Under the pieces are notes generated by a model. It ran no database searches. It was not told where the DNA came from and saw nothing but the letters and a program-made list of their open reading frames with translations. Below, one piece after another: positions 62,141 through 64,000 of a DNA stretch of 64,000 nucleotides. The translations under genes were made by a program, and so were the position numbers. This stretch comes from the human T2T-CHM13v2.0 reference genome, Homo sapiens: NCBI RefSeq assembly GCF_009914755.1, contig NC_060940.1, one strand, 5' to 3'. Numbering within the stretch: the first letter of the stretch is position 1; every line of letters begins with the position of its first letter.

Positions 62141-62494
62141 TATGGTGCAGCTCGGCTGATGTGGGTCACTTAGGTTTTCAGTGCTCAGGGTGAAAGTGAG
62201 GGGTCAGGAGAGAGCAGAAAGCTGGATCACCCCGCACATGCTAAGAAACCAGGATGGCAACGTGGATGTGGCGGGTTAAGCAAATTGAAACTGTGGATAA
62301 TCATTAGCTCAACAGATGCCATAAGATCAGAGTGCCCCTGAGGCCTCCGGTCTCTGGATGATGCCCATGTATTTATCACTTAGTCACCGGAGCACAGATC
62401 TTAGAAGGAGGCCCAGGAGCCCTGGCTGCACACGTAATTCCATTGCACGCTGATTCAGTTTGGTCAAGTCCACACTACCCAAATGACCAGAGTT

Positions 62495-62519
62495 AAAAAA
62501 AAAAAAAAAAAAAAAAAAA
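62495..62519 (+). repeat. A25 homopolymer
   Basis: Read directly. Confidence 0.95.
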
Positions 62520-63087
62520 GAGGGAATAGAAAACAGAGGCAGGGTGGGAAGTAGAGAAGAGGCAGATAGAGACAAGGGGAAAAAAATCCAACACGGATGG
62601 ACAGACGTATCTGGTTTAAATCCCAGGGCAGCCTGGGCCAGTTCTACTCAAATAGAGTGTGTCCTGGAGTTTGCACAGATGATTTGGGCGGCCAGGGTCT
62701 GCTCTTCCCCAGCCAGGAATTCATTTCTGAATTCCTCTCGGAATTCCTCTCCTATTGTGAGCATCTTGTGCTGAGAGCTACATGTTTTTTCATGCTGCTT
62801 TTTTCTACCCTTGGGCACTGTTGACAGAAATAACCATTTCTGCTGTACCCGCAAAACTTGGTGTGTTTTCTGCAGGGCTAACCTGGACTCTCTTGCAGGC
62901 AGACAGAACCATCACCCAGCCACAGCCTGCCAAGACCTTCAGGGATAGGCCTTGGGCATTGGCCAGAGACCTTTTAAAATTATTTTATAGGAGTACTAAA
63001 GGCTTACTGGGACAAAAAAAATATTTGGTTTTTTAGTTATCTTATTTTTTTTTTTTAAAAAGATACAGTACTGTTTTAATACTTTGG

Positions 63088-63490
63088 TATATCAGGTAGC
63101 TTGGGCTAAGTTATACTGTTGTGACAAACAGTCCTCAAACCTTGGCAGCTTACAACAGTAAGTTTATTATTCATCTGTTTCCCACTCATGCCACACATCC
63201 ATCATGGGTCAGCTGTGGCCTGTGCTCACGCTGTCTCTATGCCAGGATCCAGGAAGAAGCAACAGCCTTTAGCCGGGGCTTGCAGCTCTCCTGGCAGGGG
63301 GATAAGAGACAGTGGCAGGCCTTGCTCTGATCCTGAAAGCTTCTGCTCAGAAGTGACACGTCACTCCCTCAAAACACATGGTCAGGCCTGAAGATAATGA
63401 GCCGGAAAGTATAATCCTCTCACAGGGAGGAGCCCTGCAGGAGGGTAATGGGAACATCTGGTAGAATAGAAATATAATGTGCCTTCACAA
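63088..63490 (-). mobile_element. MLT1I/J-like LTR
   Basis: gctaagttatactgttgtgacaaac, cagaagtgacacgtcact, aagtataatcctctcacaggga. Confidence 0.65.
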
Positions 63491-63607
63491 GTAATACTCA
63501 CTATAGAAAACCCCAGGAAGGATAGATATGTGTTACGTAGCCAATAAAAATGGTGATGTAGATCTAATTTTTAAAATTCTTTTTAAGGTGAATTTTATGG
63601 TATGTGA

Positions 63608-63998
<391 letters not shown>

Positions 63999-64000
63999 GG

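Noticed and set aside
62495-62519. A25 as the tail of a processed pseudogene
   Set aside because: No TSD, poly(A) signal or recognisable parent upstream; likely an oligo-dT mispriming site.

Overview
Primate (almost certainly human) genomic DNA lying inside one + strand gene, recognised as SNX29 (sorting nexin 29, 16p13). Only two short coding exons are supported: 35445-35500 (56 nt) and 40447-40528 (82 nt). They splice in frame to VPGDLSQTSEDQSLSDFEI/SNRALINVWIPSVFLRGKAANAFHVYQ, the linker and start of the PX domain. The rest is intron: about 30 Alu/FAM/FRAM copies, MaLR LTRs (THE1, MST, MLT1), DNA-transposon MITEs, L1/L2/MIR fragments, microsatellites and a 1.65-kb CCAY low-complexity array. 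The long ORFs in the track are repeat artefacts. I see no self-contained novel biological system. The best leads concern splicing of the two exons: a frame-preserving 18-nt candidate microexon next to a (GT)21 tract, an Alu polarity switch around the exons that could drive a stop-free 138-nt circle, and a 5'-splice-site-like motif overlapping the first acceptor. Other leads are an atypical FAM+right-arm Alu dimer and a sense THE1 LTR. Repeat subfamily names come from remembered consensus sequences and old-repeat boundaries are approximate.
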